Assembly: GCA_951406725.2 (NCBI GenBank)
Contig: OX597836.1
Coordinates: forward strand, 15,996,001-16,060,000
Length of the DNA: 64,000 nt
Direction of reading: 5' to 3'
From: Octopus vulgaris
Taxonomy: Eukaryota
Below are positions 52,534-64,000 of the stretch, in pieces. Below the pieces are notes generated by a model. That model saw only the letters and a list, made by a program, of their open reading frames with translations. It was not told the origin of the DNA and searched no databases. The stretch's first letter is position 1. Each line of letters opens with the position of its first letter. A program made the position numbers and the translations under genes.

Positions 52534-54757
52534 GTAGAGTTAAGATGTCAGCTTTTAGCCTCCGTCTCCATCGTTTTAGTTGCAACTTTTTTTATTTTTG
52601 AAACTTCATATCGATGTTGTCCACTTATGGCACCAGTTCCCATAATTTTCGTGAAACGTTTGTCATTAGTTCCATGGCCAGTCCATTGCACGATTTAATT
52701 TTCTGTGTGTGTTTTAAATATCATTTATATTCAGTTCCTATTTTAGCATTGCATTTTTACCATTTTTGATTCTTGCATGTCCTCTTGTTTTTCAGTTTCC
52801 TTTACCTTTAAGTTCTTAATTAACACTTTCTCCCGCCCCCATCTCTCCTATCTTGTCTCTCTCCTGAATTCACTCTGGTTTGAAAAAATTCCACACACTC
52901 CATCAACTGTTGCACTTTTTTTTCCTGCTTCTTTAGTGACCCTTAGTCCCACCACACGTCCATTTTAAGAGATAAGTGTAAAACCCCTTGTTTTACATAT
53001 GAAAATCTCAGTGCTTTTATAGTTGACCGAATAGTGTGGCTTTGTTTTTTTCTTCTTCTATCTGAAATATTTGTAGAATGGCGAAAAGGTGAAAAAGTTT
53101 TCGCTTGACTAACATTAAAAAAGAAATGAAACCAAAAAAAAAAGCCTTCAAACAAAAATTAGCAAAAGCCACAAAAACTGGATTTTTTAAATCTTGTAGA
53201 ATAAGGGATACATTGTTAATCCCTGAGTTTGTTCTGCTAGATTTTAATCCCTTGACAGCATGTAGCAACTTAAAGAGCGTGATAACAGTATTTCACTGAT
53301 ATTTGTTGTTGCTGGAAACCAAATTAAGTTAAAACTATCTGTATGCACGCACACACACACACATACACACACAAACATATGCATACACACACACACTGGT
53401 ATATAGCTACATGAAATGGCTCTCTCTTTGAGTGCGGTGCAGTATACAATTTGCACTGACACCAATAATGATAATTAAATGTACTAAATACGACTCTCTG
53501 GCCTCACCCATTATTTTCCTCCCCACTCGTATCTGTCATAACCTCACCCCCCTGTTGTTGGCTATTTCAACTAGATACTTGCACATAGTCTTAAATGTTT
53601 GCTATTTTGCCAGTAATTTTTTTCTTTGAAAAAAAAAAAAAAAACCCCCCAATAAAACAATTCTTCTTTCAGAAACCTGCGAAAATTATATTTAAAAAAA
53701 AAAATTTCTGTTCCTGTTTGCTGTTAAATTTCAGATTAGTCTTCTAATTTTTTACGTCTGTAGCGCTGCCTTTTTTTTTTTTTTTCTTTTTTGCTGTAAT
53801 CAAATCTTCATTGTAATAATACTGAAAATATTGATGACTTTTTGGATTAGAGCTGAGTAACCGCTTAATACCTTTGTGACTGAATCTGAACAGATTCATG
53901 AACATGAGTCATGCTCTTAAGCTCGTATCATCATACACTGTTGAACTAAACCTTAATCCAGAAAAATCTTATATCTAGTGTTTCCCTAATATATTTTGAT
54001 TATTTTATATATATATATTTTCCCCCTCTGAATACATGATGTTTTCTTAATTTACATCATGGTTTCAATATATTTTTCTGTTCGTTATAATCCAATGATT
54101 TCTTGTGTTCGCATTTTGATGATGACGATGACCTCATAAATGCGGTCATCGGAAGGCTTGTTTTGTCTTTTTTAAGCAGACCTGGACAACTTAGGTATTT
54201 AATAATTTTAATAACAGTCATAACGAATAAAGAAATTAATGTCGTCGTTTAAATGATTTGCTTTAACTAAAAGAATTGCATAAATTAATTTGAAACAATC
54301 TGGTTCATTGCAGTAAAATGGTTATATACGAGTATGTAGTTAGATTCTTATAGATTGATTTAAATATGTATTTATCATTGTGTGTGTGTGTGTGTGTGTG
54401 TTTTACAGCCATATGTTGAAAAGCTGCTTCTTGTCTGATGACCAGTGTTAAGCACCATTTTGCGTAATTAGTGCTTAGCTGCGTAACTATTTTGGAAAAC
54501 ATAAGTGAGGGTACTGTGAGGAAAGCCTTTAGTTTTTAAAGCGATACTCTGGCATTGCTGCAGTCTATGGCGCAAACACATATACATATATTTGTGCGTG
54601 TGGATATATATATATGTATGTATGTTGGACTGCTTGTTTAGCCAGCAGGGTGTCGTCATTTGAAGGCTAAAACAATGTGAAGCGCATTGTGACCAGTGAT
54701 GTGTAGCAACATCTGATAGCCTGGTCGGTCATGTGATCACGTGATATATGTATGTAT

Positions 54758-55230
54758 AGGCACAAGTATGGCAGTGTATTGAAGGAGTGTGCTTCCCAAT
54801 CATATGGTTTCAGGTTCAGTCCTGTTCCATGGTACCTTGCTGAAGTGTCTTCTATAGGTCCTGGATGACCAAAGCCTTGTCAGTGGATTTGGTAGATGGA
54901 AACTGAAAGATATCCGTTGTATATGTCTCTGCTCTGACTCCTTGCAGTAGTCCTAAGTATGTGCCAGCATCGTACAAGCTGTGTTGTTCCTTTTCAGTCT
55001 ACCATAGGAACATGTCCAGCCTTGAGGAAATATTTTCTTACTTGGAAATGAGTGAGGGTTGGCAACAGGATGGGCATCTGGCTTAAAGGATTGACCACAA
55101 TGAATTCTGCACAAGCATGGCAATATGGATGTGCATACATATATCTGTGTGTGTGTGAATAGACACACACACACTGGTATAGCTCCTGTGAACCATCCTA
55201 CTCATACATGGATGTTAAACAATGATGATC
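54758..55230 (+). mobile_element. old SINE with an A-type head and an RTE-like tail
   Basis: Family A head, then gagggttggcaacaggatgggcatc..gatgttaaacaatgatg. Confidence 0.6.
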
Positions 55231-55544
55231 ATACACTTTTGTTAGGTCCTCTATATTTTTATATTGGTGGTGATATTTGTGTGTGTGTGTGTGTATTGAT
55301 TAATCAAAGCATCACAGTTCATATAGACGGTGGTGTTTGTGTGCTGTCCTCTATGGGACCATATTTGTGCTGTTCATTTCCAGTGAATTGAAGGAATTGT
55401 CTTGGAGACAGATGACATTCGGCAACAGAAAGAGTATCTGGCTGTGGAAAAAGGTCTCCCTTAGAAGCACGTAAATGTAGACCGCAACACAATGATGATG
55501 TAGCTGTATACACGCATGCACACACATTTATTGGCTGTACGTGG

Positions 55545-55945
55545 ACAGGCATGGCTGTGTGGTTAAGTTTGTCTCAGCCACATGGTCTCAGGTTCAGTCT
55601 CATTGTGGGGTACCTTGAGCAAATGTCTTCTATAGCCCTGGGCCAACCAAACCTCCTAAGTGGATTTGGAAAACAGAAAATGGGAGAAGCCCATTGCACA
55701 TGTATTTGTGTGGTGTGCGTGTGTGTGTCACTGTCACCTCGTCACCCGATAGTTGCAAACAAGTGTCACTTTCAGCAATGTTCATTTCCAGTTTTCTATG
55801 AAAAACTTGTCTAGTCATGAGGGAATGTTACCTTTGAAACAGTTGAGGGTTGGTCGCAAGAAGGGCAGCTAACTGTAGAGAATCTGCTACAGTGAATTCT
55901 GTATGACCCATGTGAACATGGCAAAAAAGGGCATTAAAATGATAA
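55545..55945 (+). mobile_element. old SINE with an A-type head and an RTE-like tail
   Basis: Same architecture as 54758-55230. Confidence 0.6.
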
Positions 55946-56459
55946 TATACACATGCATGTGTATGTGTTTGTATATATATTTATGCATATACACATGTAC
56001 ATACATACATGAATATTGAACACTGAGAATGTATGCTCAATACTGCATTGGTAGTTAAAAGATTCTTTGTGTATTAAGGCTACCATTGGTTTCATGTTTA
56101 GAAATACTTAACAATTATCTAGCCTTTCACATGAAATTGCATGGCATCTTGGGCAAGTGACTTGTACTATAGTCTTGGGCTGACCAAAGCATTGTATTTG
56201 TCCCCTACCACTGCTTGCCAACCGGTGTTGATGTGTTTATGTCCTTGTAACTTAGTGGTTTGGCAAAAGAGACCTATCTGTCTATGTCTAATGTGAAGCT
56301 ATGACAATGGCTGTGCTGATGTTGCCTTTTGAGACGGGAACATCTACAATGCTATTTTATTTCCAGATGGAAAAATAATCCTAAATTCTGCTCCCCATTT
56401 CCATTTGGAGTCAGTCCTAATCACTGTAAGGTGTTGCTTTGCCTTACCTTGAAGTAAAG

Positions 56460-56553
56460 ATCATCATCATTGTTTAACGTCTGCTTTCCATGCTAGCATG
56501 GGTTGGACGATTTGACTGAGGACTGGCAAACCAGATGGCTGCACCAGGCTCCA
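56460..56553 (-). mobile_element. RTE 3' tail fragment
   Basis: atcatcattgtttaacgtctgctttccatgctagcatgggttggac. Confidence 0.7.
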
Positions 56554-56835
56554 TCAAGAATTAATCTAGTGCAAGATTTGGTACACCTGTATTGATTGTG
56601 TATATGTACACCTGTAATGATTGTGTGTATGTTTATGCTTTTAATTGTATAGCTTCAGGTATTAAGTTGTTCTGAGTTCAGGGTTGAAAGTGAGTTTAGT
56701 TGACTGTAAATTTGATAATTAATTTAATTAAAATATTTACCATAAAAATTGCTGTCAGTTCTTTCTGAAGTCCTAATTAACCGGTGAAAAAAATGTTGTG
56801 GTTGTTTTACTATAGTGTTGCTGTTTTCTTTATAG

Positions 56836-56996
56836 AAAAGGCCAAAGAAAGTACTGGTGGTGTTGCTTATGAAGTTATTTTGAAGCCTGCATCAAATTAT
56901 ACCCCTCATAAGCCTGGATCTCCTCCCAAGGAGACTCGGTCTCTCACCCAGGAGGCTATTGCTGATAAGTTAAAGAAAGCTCAGGAGAGAAGAGAG
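56836..56996 (+). CDS. STMN: stathmin exon (EKAKESTGGVAYEVILKPASNYTPHKPGSPPKETRSLTQEAIADKLKKAQERRE)
   Basis: Homologous to the stathmin N-terminus (GQAFELIL..SPPK..EEIQKKLEAAEERRK); AG/GT sites; phase 1-0. Confidence 0.93.
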
Positions 56997-58157
56997 GTAA
57001 TGTATCAATCTGTCTATCTCTATCTGTGTACTTCACTCCCTCTCTCCCTCTCTGTATCGTGCTTGTATGTTATTGTCAAATTGGCTTCAGAATTATGCAT
57101 ACATGTATGTACATGTATTTAGGGTAGACATAGTCTAGTACTGTTTTAATGAAAAAGGCTCAATTTCTGCATTTTCATTTGTAGATCTTTAGAGTAACTA
57201 CAGAGGTGCTTGTAGCAATAGTTAATCTAGCATGGGCCCCAAAACTTTTTAGTTTGGAATCCTTGACCCCCTCATCGACTCCAAGGCATGTACAAAAAAA
57301 TAATTAAATAGATGTGCATTTATCGACCCTTTGAATAGTCACCATCTACCCTCAGGGGTCAATATTGATGACTTTGGAGATCCCTGATCTAGCAGGTCAT
57401 GTAAAACCTGCAAATGTTCCTTTTATGCAAATTAATTTTCAGAATTTTATGTCCAGGTGTCTTTGGATGATTGAGTCAGTGTACTACTGCAGAAAGAGAT
57501 GTGTTTGGACTTTTTGTTAATGACAACTTGGAGCATTCATATTATCTTCTGACATACTTGGATGTTTGCATTTTTCATACTTCATCCTTTAAAGAACCAG
57601 TTTAGTATTTCCATATAATCTGTTGAGAAATAATGCTTTGTTTCAATTGAATTTGGAAATAATGAAACTTTGAAATTAACTTTGTTATTATTAAGCCCTG
57701 GGGTCAATGTAGACTAACTTTTTCCCCTAAAATTTCTGGCCTTGTGCCTATACTGGAAAGAATTATCAAGCTGGTGTTTAGAACATGAATTTAACAGATG
57801 TTTGATGGAAGAAGACATTGGCTTGAAACAAGTTTGTGTCACAGAACCAAGTGTGGGCTCCAGTGGATTGCCATCAGAGGCATTAATTAAATTTGTTCGT
57901 TAGATTACGTATTATCTGCTGTCTCTTCTTGGAATTTCCTCTCAAACTTATGTTGCATTTCATTGTGTGTTGTTTCCTTGGATTCACCAGATACTTATTG
58001 TTACACACTACCCTACTTTGTCCTGGAGTTGCGTTAAGAAAAACACAATTGAGCTATTTTTAATAAAATCGTTTTTCATTTGATGTCCACTTGTGTGTAT
58101 GTGTCTGTATATATAAAACTTTTCTCTTTCACCCTCTTCCTATACTTTCATATTTTT

Positions 58158-58193
58158 GTTCTGATGAAGGACTAACTTCTGAAACGTCTGAAC
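58158..58193 (+). ncRNA. Penelope-type minimal hammerhead-like motif (degenerate)
   Basis: CTGATGA-A-GGA(ctaact)TCT-GAAA-CG-TC; stem I is imperfect. Confidence 0.45.
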
Positions 58194-59561
58194 TCCTTTT
58201 TAAGTCTTAAGCTAATACAGCCTATACATTTTTGTCCTTCTTGTGTTGTCTTTCATATTTTCTTCATTACTTCTGTATTACATAGTGTGCGTGTGTGGTA
58301 TGCACACACGATTAATAAACTGGATTCAACCAGGATACTGCCTCTATACCTAAATATCTAGCTTTTTTATTGCTAGAACCATTTAGCTTTACATAATAGT
58401 AGTTTCACTAAGCTTTTTGGTTCCTGTTTATAACTATTTTAATTACCTACAATTAGCCCTTTGATTACAATGTCATTAAAATAGCTTTAATAATTAGTGC
58501 AAAAGTTGGCTGATGGGTTAGTAAACTATGTAATGACATTAACGATGTATCATTAATGTCATTAAAATGTAATATATTTTAGATGCTAAATCACGTGGTT
58601 TGGTCTCCTAGTTTTTTTTTTGTTTTTTTTTCCCCTCCTCTTTTTGTGGTGCTGGGATGGACTTTCATTTTACAGCTGCCATCTTGTTCATTGATTTTGT
58701 ACATTGGCACAGCTTTCTGACTCTTGAGACTCTCCTCCACTGCAGTGACATTGTTTGCTTATCTATGGATTATCTTTACCACATTGGAACTACAAGAAAA
58801 ATGAAAAAAAAAAAAAAAAAAAAAAATGGATTACTTTTGTCTATATTCTTTCTGGATTAATACTATTGCTGCTAAAATCCCTTTGCATCTGGATATTCTT
58901 TCAAATTACCGTTATTGGAATATTTACTTCATGGATTTGTCTGAGCATTTTCAATTGGTGCTTGCCTTCAAATGTGAATCATATTGGACAACATTGGCTT
59001 AGCTTCTTATGGATTTTCACACACACACACACATACACACATAAACGTGCATGTACTGGAGATGTTTTTCCCAGGCAAATGATTTGGTCTGTGACCGTTG
59101 AAACTAAAACCATTGCAGCCTGGAAGATGCATATAAGCCCTTTAAAAACAGAAAAAACTGTCGATTGACTTAAATATTTGGTGTCAAAACTGTTGTCCCA
59201 CTGACTGCAACCTGGTCACTGACATGACTTCTCCTTGTGGATATATAATGGTGAAAAATCCCATTTAAGAAAAAATGTGTATAAATAGGAAGTCTGCATC
59301 AAACTGCTGTCATATCAATGTTTATCGACTATCCATTTAAGGTTGTAATATTCCCTGCACTAAACAATGGGAATATGTAAAGACTGATGTGTAATCCCAG
59401 AACATCCTTTATTTCCTGCCACAGTTTTCCCTTTTTCCCCTCCTCCTTCCACTTTGGTCTTGTAAATTATTTATATTGGTCATAAAGCTCAACTGATTGA
59501 TTTTCTTCATAATGTAGTCTTACTCTGAGACAATCTAATTAATAATGGCACTGGGAGTGAG

Positions 59562-59782
59562 CCTTTAGCATTCAGGTTACTCTGTCAAATGAAATGCTTA
59601 TTTATTCACCTTGTTTTCAATTCATCATGCATTATCTCATAGTTTTGAGATTTAGATGATGATTGCTTTTTATTAGAATGACATTGTAGGGTAGGTATGA
59701 GAGGTCAGATCTGGTTGGTTTTGAACATAAAAAGATAGAATATTTGGGCCAGATATAGCCATTTTAAATGCTAAAGGGTTAA
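59562..59782. mobile_element. piggyBac-like MITE
   Basis: Terminal inverted repeat cctttagcatt / aatgctaaagg, ending GGG-TTAA. Confidence 0.75.
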
Positions 59783-59965
59783 CCTTTTTCTTACCTTATT
59801 TTTGTTGAAATACACTCTTTGTTTCAGTTAATTTTAAAATGAAGAATTTAGTAAAATATCTTTGTCATTATTAAAACTGAAAATTTTATGAAAGAAAGTT
59901 TTAGTTTAGATCATAGTTTGTCTCATGGAATCAAAGGTGATTTCAGGCAGCTTAGTCTCAAAAGG
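59783..59965 (+). mobile_element. AT-rich MITE sharing the TTAA site; a further copy lies at about 60290-60510
   Basis: Begins at ttaacctttt; carries the core aaaatgaagaatttagtaaaat..tttgtcattatta. Confidence 0.6.
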
Positions 59966-61169
59966 CCTCTTGTTGGAAGAAATGGAAATATCAGGAGTCT
60001 TCAGGTACGACCACACATCCATTTCAAACTGGAATTTAACTTGAAATGCAACCAAAAACGAAAGCATATCAAGTTATTTGAAGCTTGCCAATTTTATTTA
60101 CGTCATATTTTGAAGAGGGTGAGATTTATCTGGAGAAGTTTTAAGTGTCTAATTGAGGAAAGAACTAACTATTATGTGGCAAATCTGATAAATATGGCTG
60201 CCATAATATCTTCTTGTTCCAAGCCAAGCGACTTCAACATTGTAATAAATGAAATAGTGTTGGTTAAAATAATACCCTTAGTAAATACATGAACTTTTTT
60301 GATACCTTATTTTAAATTGTACCACCTTTATTTCAATAAAATGTCAAAATAATGAAGAATCTATCAAAAAAAAAAAGTCATAATTAAGCTGATGTTTAAA
60401 ATGTAAATTAATGGGAAATTTTGATGGAGAGTTTTAATTTTAGATCTTAGATCAACAAGTCTGTATCTTATAACCAAGGATCAGTCTCTGGTGGGCTGGT
60501 ATCAAAATGGTGACATGGAATGTAAATGTTGGTCGATGCTTCTTTGAACTGACTTCTTTTTTTCTAAGTCACAAGTTTTAGGTACATAGTTGTAGTGCTG
60601 TAACTGAGTAAGTCTATGTAGATATTAGTGAAAGCAGTGTAACTGAGTAATATCGATGTATGTAGTAGTGAATACAGTAATTGGGTATACTTGAGTGAAT
60701 TAGTGACTGAGTAATATCTATGTGCATATTACACTGAGTACATATGCATGTGTAATACTGTTTCACAGTGCATTGTGTAACCATTTCTAATAAATACCAC
60801 CCTTCTGAAGAGATGAGTCTCTGCTTTATTCCACCGAAGTTCACCATTTCCAGTTCAATTCATGCAAGCATGGAACTGATTCTGTCAATTCTTGTGGATA
60901 TTTTGATGTATATTATAGTCTGTCAGAAATGATGCCAAACAGAATTTCTAATGATCAGCATTTCATATTTATATAATCTGGAGAATGGCAGTTTTTCGGT
61001 TGTATTTCTAAATAGCGAGTTGATATGTGTGCAAAAACATAAAAGCATGTAAAACATACTCACGTACACATATACAGTGGTTTAATGTCTTACACGTACA
61101 CTTATTCTTTCATTCTTCTGCAGTTTTGACTCTTCTGTACTTCATGAGGTTTTCTTTTCCATTTTCTAG

Positions 61170-61361
61170 TCTCTAGAAACCCAGAGATTGGAACAACTGC
61201 AGAAAGAAAGAGAACGAGCACAGCAAGTTCTTCAGAAAGCTCAAGAAGAAAACAACACCTTTTCCAAATCTACAAAAGAAAAACTTCGCAGGAGTTTGGA
61301 ATTAAATAAGGAAAACAGAGAAGCTCAGATTAAGGCATTACAAGATCGTCTTCGGGAACAT
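61170..61361 (+). CDS. STMN: stathmin exon (SLETQRLEQLQKERERAQQVLQKAQEENNTFSKSTKEKLRRSLELNKENREAQIKALQDRLREH)
   Basis: 192 nt, phase 0-0, same size as the STMN1 exon encoding SHEAEVLK..VLQKAIEENNNFSK..NKENREAQ..RLREK; ttttctag acceptor and gtaagt donor. Confidence 0.96.
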
Positions 61362-62279
61362 GTAAGTCAAGTGTTTTTTTAATTTTGCGATGGGAAATTT
61401 TGTGGAAAATTTTGTAGATTTGTAAAACCCAGTTCTTCTAATGACTTACAAAACCAAAAATGAATAATAGCAAGAATTTAAGAGTTCTCTCCCTTACATT
61501 AAGGGGGGGAATGTCTCAATTCTGTTGGAAATGAATGTAAACAAGGTTAGTACAACTCTTGTTATATCATACATCTCTGGACTGGTTGATTGACCAGTGC
61601 AGTTTCATTTGGCACTGTGTCTTATGGGAAATTAAGATTCAACTGATAAACTTCTTTGAAGTGATTGGGGGAAGGGGAAAGTAATTCTATAATCCTTTGC
61701 CCCCCCCCCCCCCTGAAGTCTTAACTTGACGGCAAGCATTTTTTTAATGCTTGTTTAGAGGGGGGAAGATTCACTAGGAAACAGTTTTTTTCTCACCCCC
61801 TGTTAAGAGTGGTGGGTTGTGATTCTTGTTAGCAATTTTTTTTTTTTTTTTTTACCATATTTCCCATTAGAACCCGTCCACTAATTTTCTTTTTTTTTTT
61901 CCCCACCATTTGCCATTATATAACATTGCTTTATTACCATTATACCAAAAATTAAAAGAATAAATTTGGTACTCAGGCTCTTTTGATTCCTTTTTTTTTT
62001 GAAGTGTTCCTCTCAAGTAGCTGTTGCTAAGAAGAGCCACTTGACTTTTGTAAGAAACTGTGTTGTTAACCATTTTTTGTTGATGTAATAATTCCACTAA
62101 TGTTTACTCTTTGGTACCACTTTTGGGGGCTGAAATATCAATGGAGAATAGACACGGACTAAAAATAACCTGAAATGAAATATGTCAAAGACTACATAAG
62201 TGATGCTATTTTGTTTTGAAATGAAGTAAGTTTCTGGAAGATTGCTACGGTACCATTTGTTGGTTAGTATTGTAATACT

Positions 62280-62700
62280 GTCGAGATATTGTAGTATAAA
62301 GGGATTAGATATAAAGGGAGTTGATACTGCATGTTGTTAGCAATAAAGGGACTCAATATAAAAGCATCGTTCTTTATATTGTTGGGACTTTATAAATAAA
62401 GGGGTCCAGTATAAAATGAGTTGATGCTATATACTGTTGATATATTGTCGTATAAAGGAGTTTGAAGAAAGGGTTGGTATTGTATACTGTTAGGAGGATA
62501 TTGTAGTATAAAGGGGTTTAATATTTGAAAAGGTTTGCTCTTTAATACTGTTGATAGAATGTTAAGAGCTGGTGCTTTATATTGTCAATATAGTATTAGG
62601 AGTTGAGTTAAAAGGGGTTCATATAGTATTAAGGGGTTTGGTATAAAAAAAGGTTGGTTCTTAATACTCTTGATAAAGGGTTAAAGGGTTTTGATATTGC
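62280..62700. repeat. degenerate intronic minisatellite
   Basis: Recurrent atattgtagtataaagggg..ttgata/atactgttg motifs. Confidence 0.6.
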
Positions 62701-62848
62701 TATTTCTCATGTTGTATGTTTGGTTATTTTAACTGAACTCTCTGTGGTGGTGGGCAGGAAAATAAACCATGTGTCTCTTTAAAGTGTTGAAACAATCGTC
62801 TCTGTCCAGAGAATGGCGTAGAATACATGTGACTACTTTTATGTTTAG

Positions 62849-62989
62849 CGTAAGAAGGTATCTGACGCATGCAAGAATAGTGAAATGGTGTCCAAAGACC
62901 TGGAGGAAAAGATAAATCAAAAATTTGAGAAATATGATCAGAACAGGAGAGCCCAGATGCAATTGTTGCTCGATCGCCTCAGGGAGCAC
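62849..62989 (+). CDS. STMN: stathmin extra repeat exon (RKKVSDACKNSEMVSKDLEEKINQKFEKYDQNRRAQMQLLLDRLREH)
   Basis: 141 nt, phase 0-0, atgtttag acceptor and gtgagt donor; ends in DRLREH like the previous exon. Absent from the ORF track. Confidence 0.88.
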
Positions 62990-63902
62990 GTGAGTGTCAC
63001 TAGGCCAACCAGCTGTCTTTATTTTATTTTGTTTTTAGTTTAATTGCTTTTTACCCCGATCACTTTTTGTAGTTTTATTTATTTTTTAAATTTTATTTTA
63101 AAATTATTTAAAAAAAAAAAAATTTTCTGTTGGTGCAAATCATTGAGTAATACTGGAATAAAATAAACTTGGAAATTATATTGACCTGTCGAATTAACTG
63201 TGGACCCTTGAAAATCTGGTGCTAAGGGGTGCACTATCTGCTTTAGGGGCTATTTTCTCAAATGGAACTAGCCAGAAGTTGTTCTTCAAATTCTGACATG
63301 GCAACAAACACACTGACTTTTTTATTATTGTATTTCTGTTGAAATACACTGACTTAGTTTCATTTAATTTTGATACTAATGAATTTAGTAAAATAACTGT
63401 CATTATTAATTTGTTGTTTGAAACACAGATCAAACTGACTAAATCTGGCTAAATATTTCAATTGACCTGAAATTTTAGTTGGTGTAGAATGCGGGCAAAG
63501 TTGGTGACATATTTAAAAAAAGCACCTTTTGTGTGAGTGCTTTTGATTTCAGCACTGAAGAACAAGCATCTTACATAATGTTATGATGCTTTCTATGTCT
63601 TCAAAGTTCTCTGTTTTAATGCTGTTAGACTTTATTAGCTTCAAAGGGAAACGTGAGGTAGTTTTCAATAACTACTTCTGGAATTGCCTGATAATTCTCT
63701 GTCTTTCATTTGGAGAAGAATTTATCTTCTGAGATGAAACAAGAGACTTAAATTAATCTTATGGAAAGCCTGAAATACATTGTGTGCTTGCAGGTATTCA
63801 CAGTCGCACAAAACTTTATCTAAATATATATTACAATGTGTGTGTGTGAATCACTATACACACACATATCTGACCAGTTTAAAACTCTGTTTCCTTTCTT
63901 AG

Positions 63903-63908
63903 AATTGA
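63903..63908 (+). CDS. possible terminal coding segment of stathmin (AAT TGA)
   Basis: Strong acceptor ctctgtttcctttcttag followed by N-stop in phase 0; the gene may instead continue beyond the window. Confidence 0.3.
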   Translation, partial: N

Positions 63909-64000
63909 GCATAGTGTTCAGAACGACTTTCAGTTTAACTGAGCTGCCTTACGAGGGACAGATTCCTTGCCTGGCTTTACTGTAAACAAATTGGATTTGG

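Noticed and set aside
58657-59168. Intronic ORFs and a tttacag acceptor at 58675 as an alternative terminal exon
   Set aside because: It gives only LPSCSLILYIGTAF* in phase 0 with no stathmin similarity, and the longer ORFs cross poly-A and CA runs.
59888-60292. 134-aa intronic ORF
   Set aside because: It starts inside a MITE, is AT-rich and has no recognisable domain.
62729-62989. Minus-strand 86-aa ORF
   Set aside because: It is the antisense shadow of the real plus-strand stathmin exon.

Overview
This is eukaryotic genomic DNA, very likely from an octopus or other coleoid cephalopod (inferred from the SINE families and the extreme microsatellite load). Bases 1 to about 39,000 are a dense retroelement graveyard. 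They hold more than 25 copies of a tRNA-derived SINE (here family A), several other SINE families, many 5'-truncated R4/Dong-type LINE ends sitting in (TAA)n tracts, RTE LINE 3' ends, Gypsy and Penelope remnants, a non-autonomous Helitron and long microsatellites. Nearly all ORFs in the supplied track are microsatellite or SINE artefacts. From about 41.2 kb to the end lies a plus-strand, multi-exon stathmin gene. It has a triple-CCAAT/CRE promoter, a non-coding first exon, an ATG exon (MSA), two exons whose phases match vertebrate STMN1 (the second also matches in size), and an extra duplicated tubulin-binding-repeat exon. The most interesting candidates are a 105-nt phase 1-1 Cys-containing cassette exon that would switch the protein between STMN1-like and SCG10/STMN2-like forms, an intronic Penelope-type hammerhead-like motif, a 127-bp-arm foldback element upstream of the promoter, and several informative retrotransposition junctions. 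I found no convincing wholly new biological system. Repeat family names come from pattern recognition, not database searches, and repeat boundaries are approximate.
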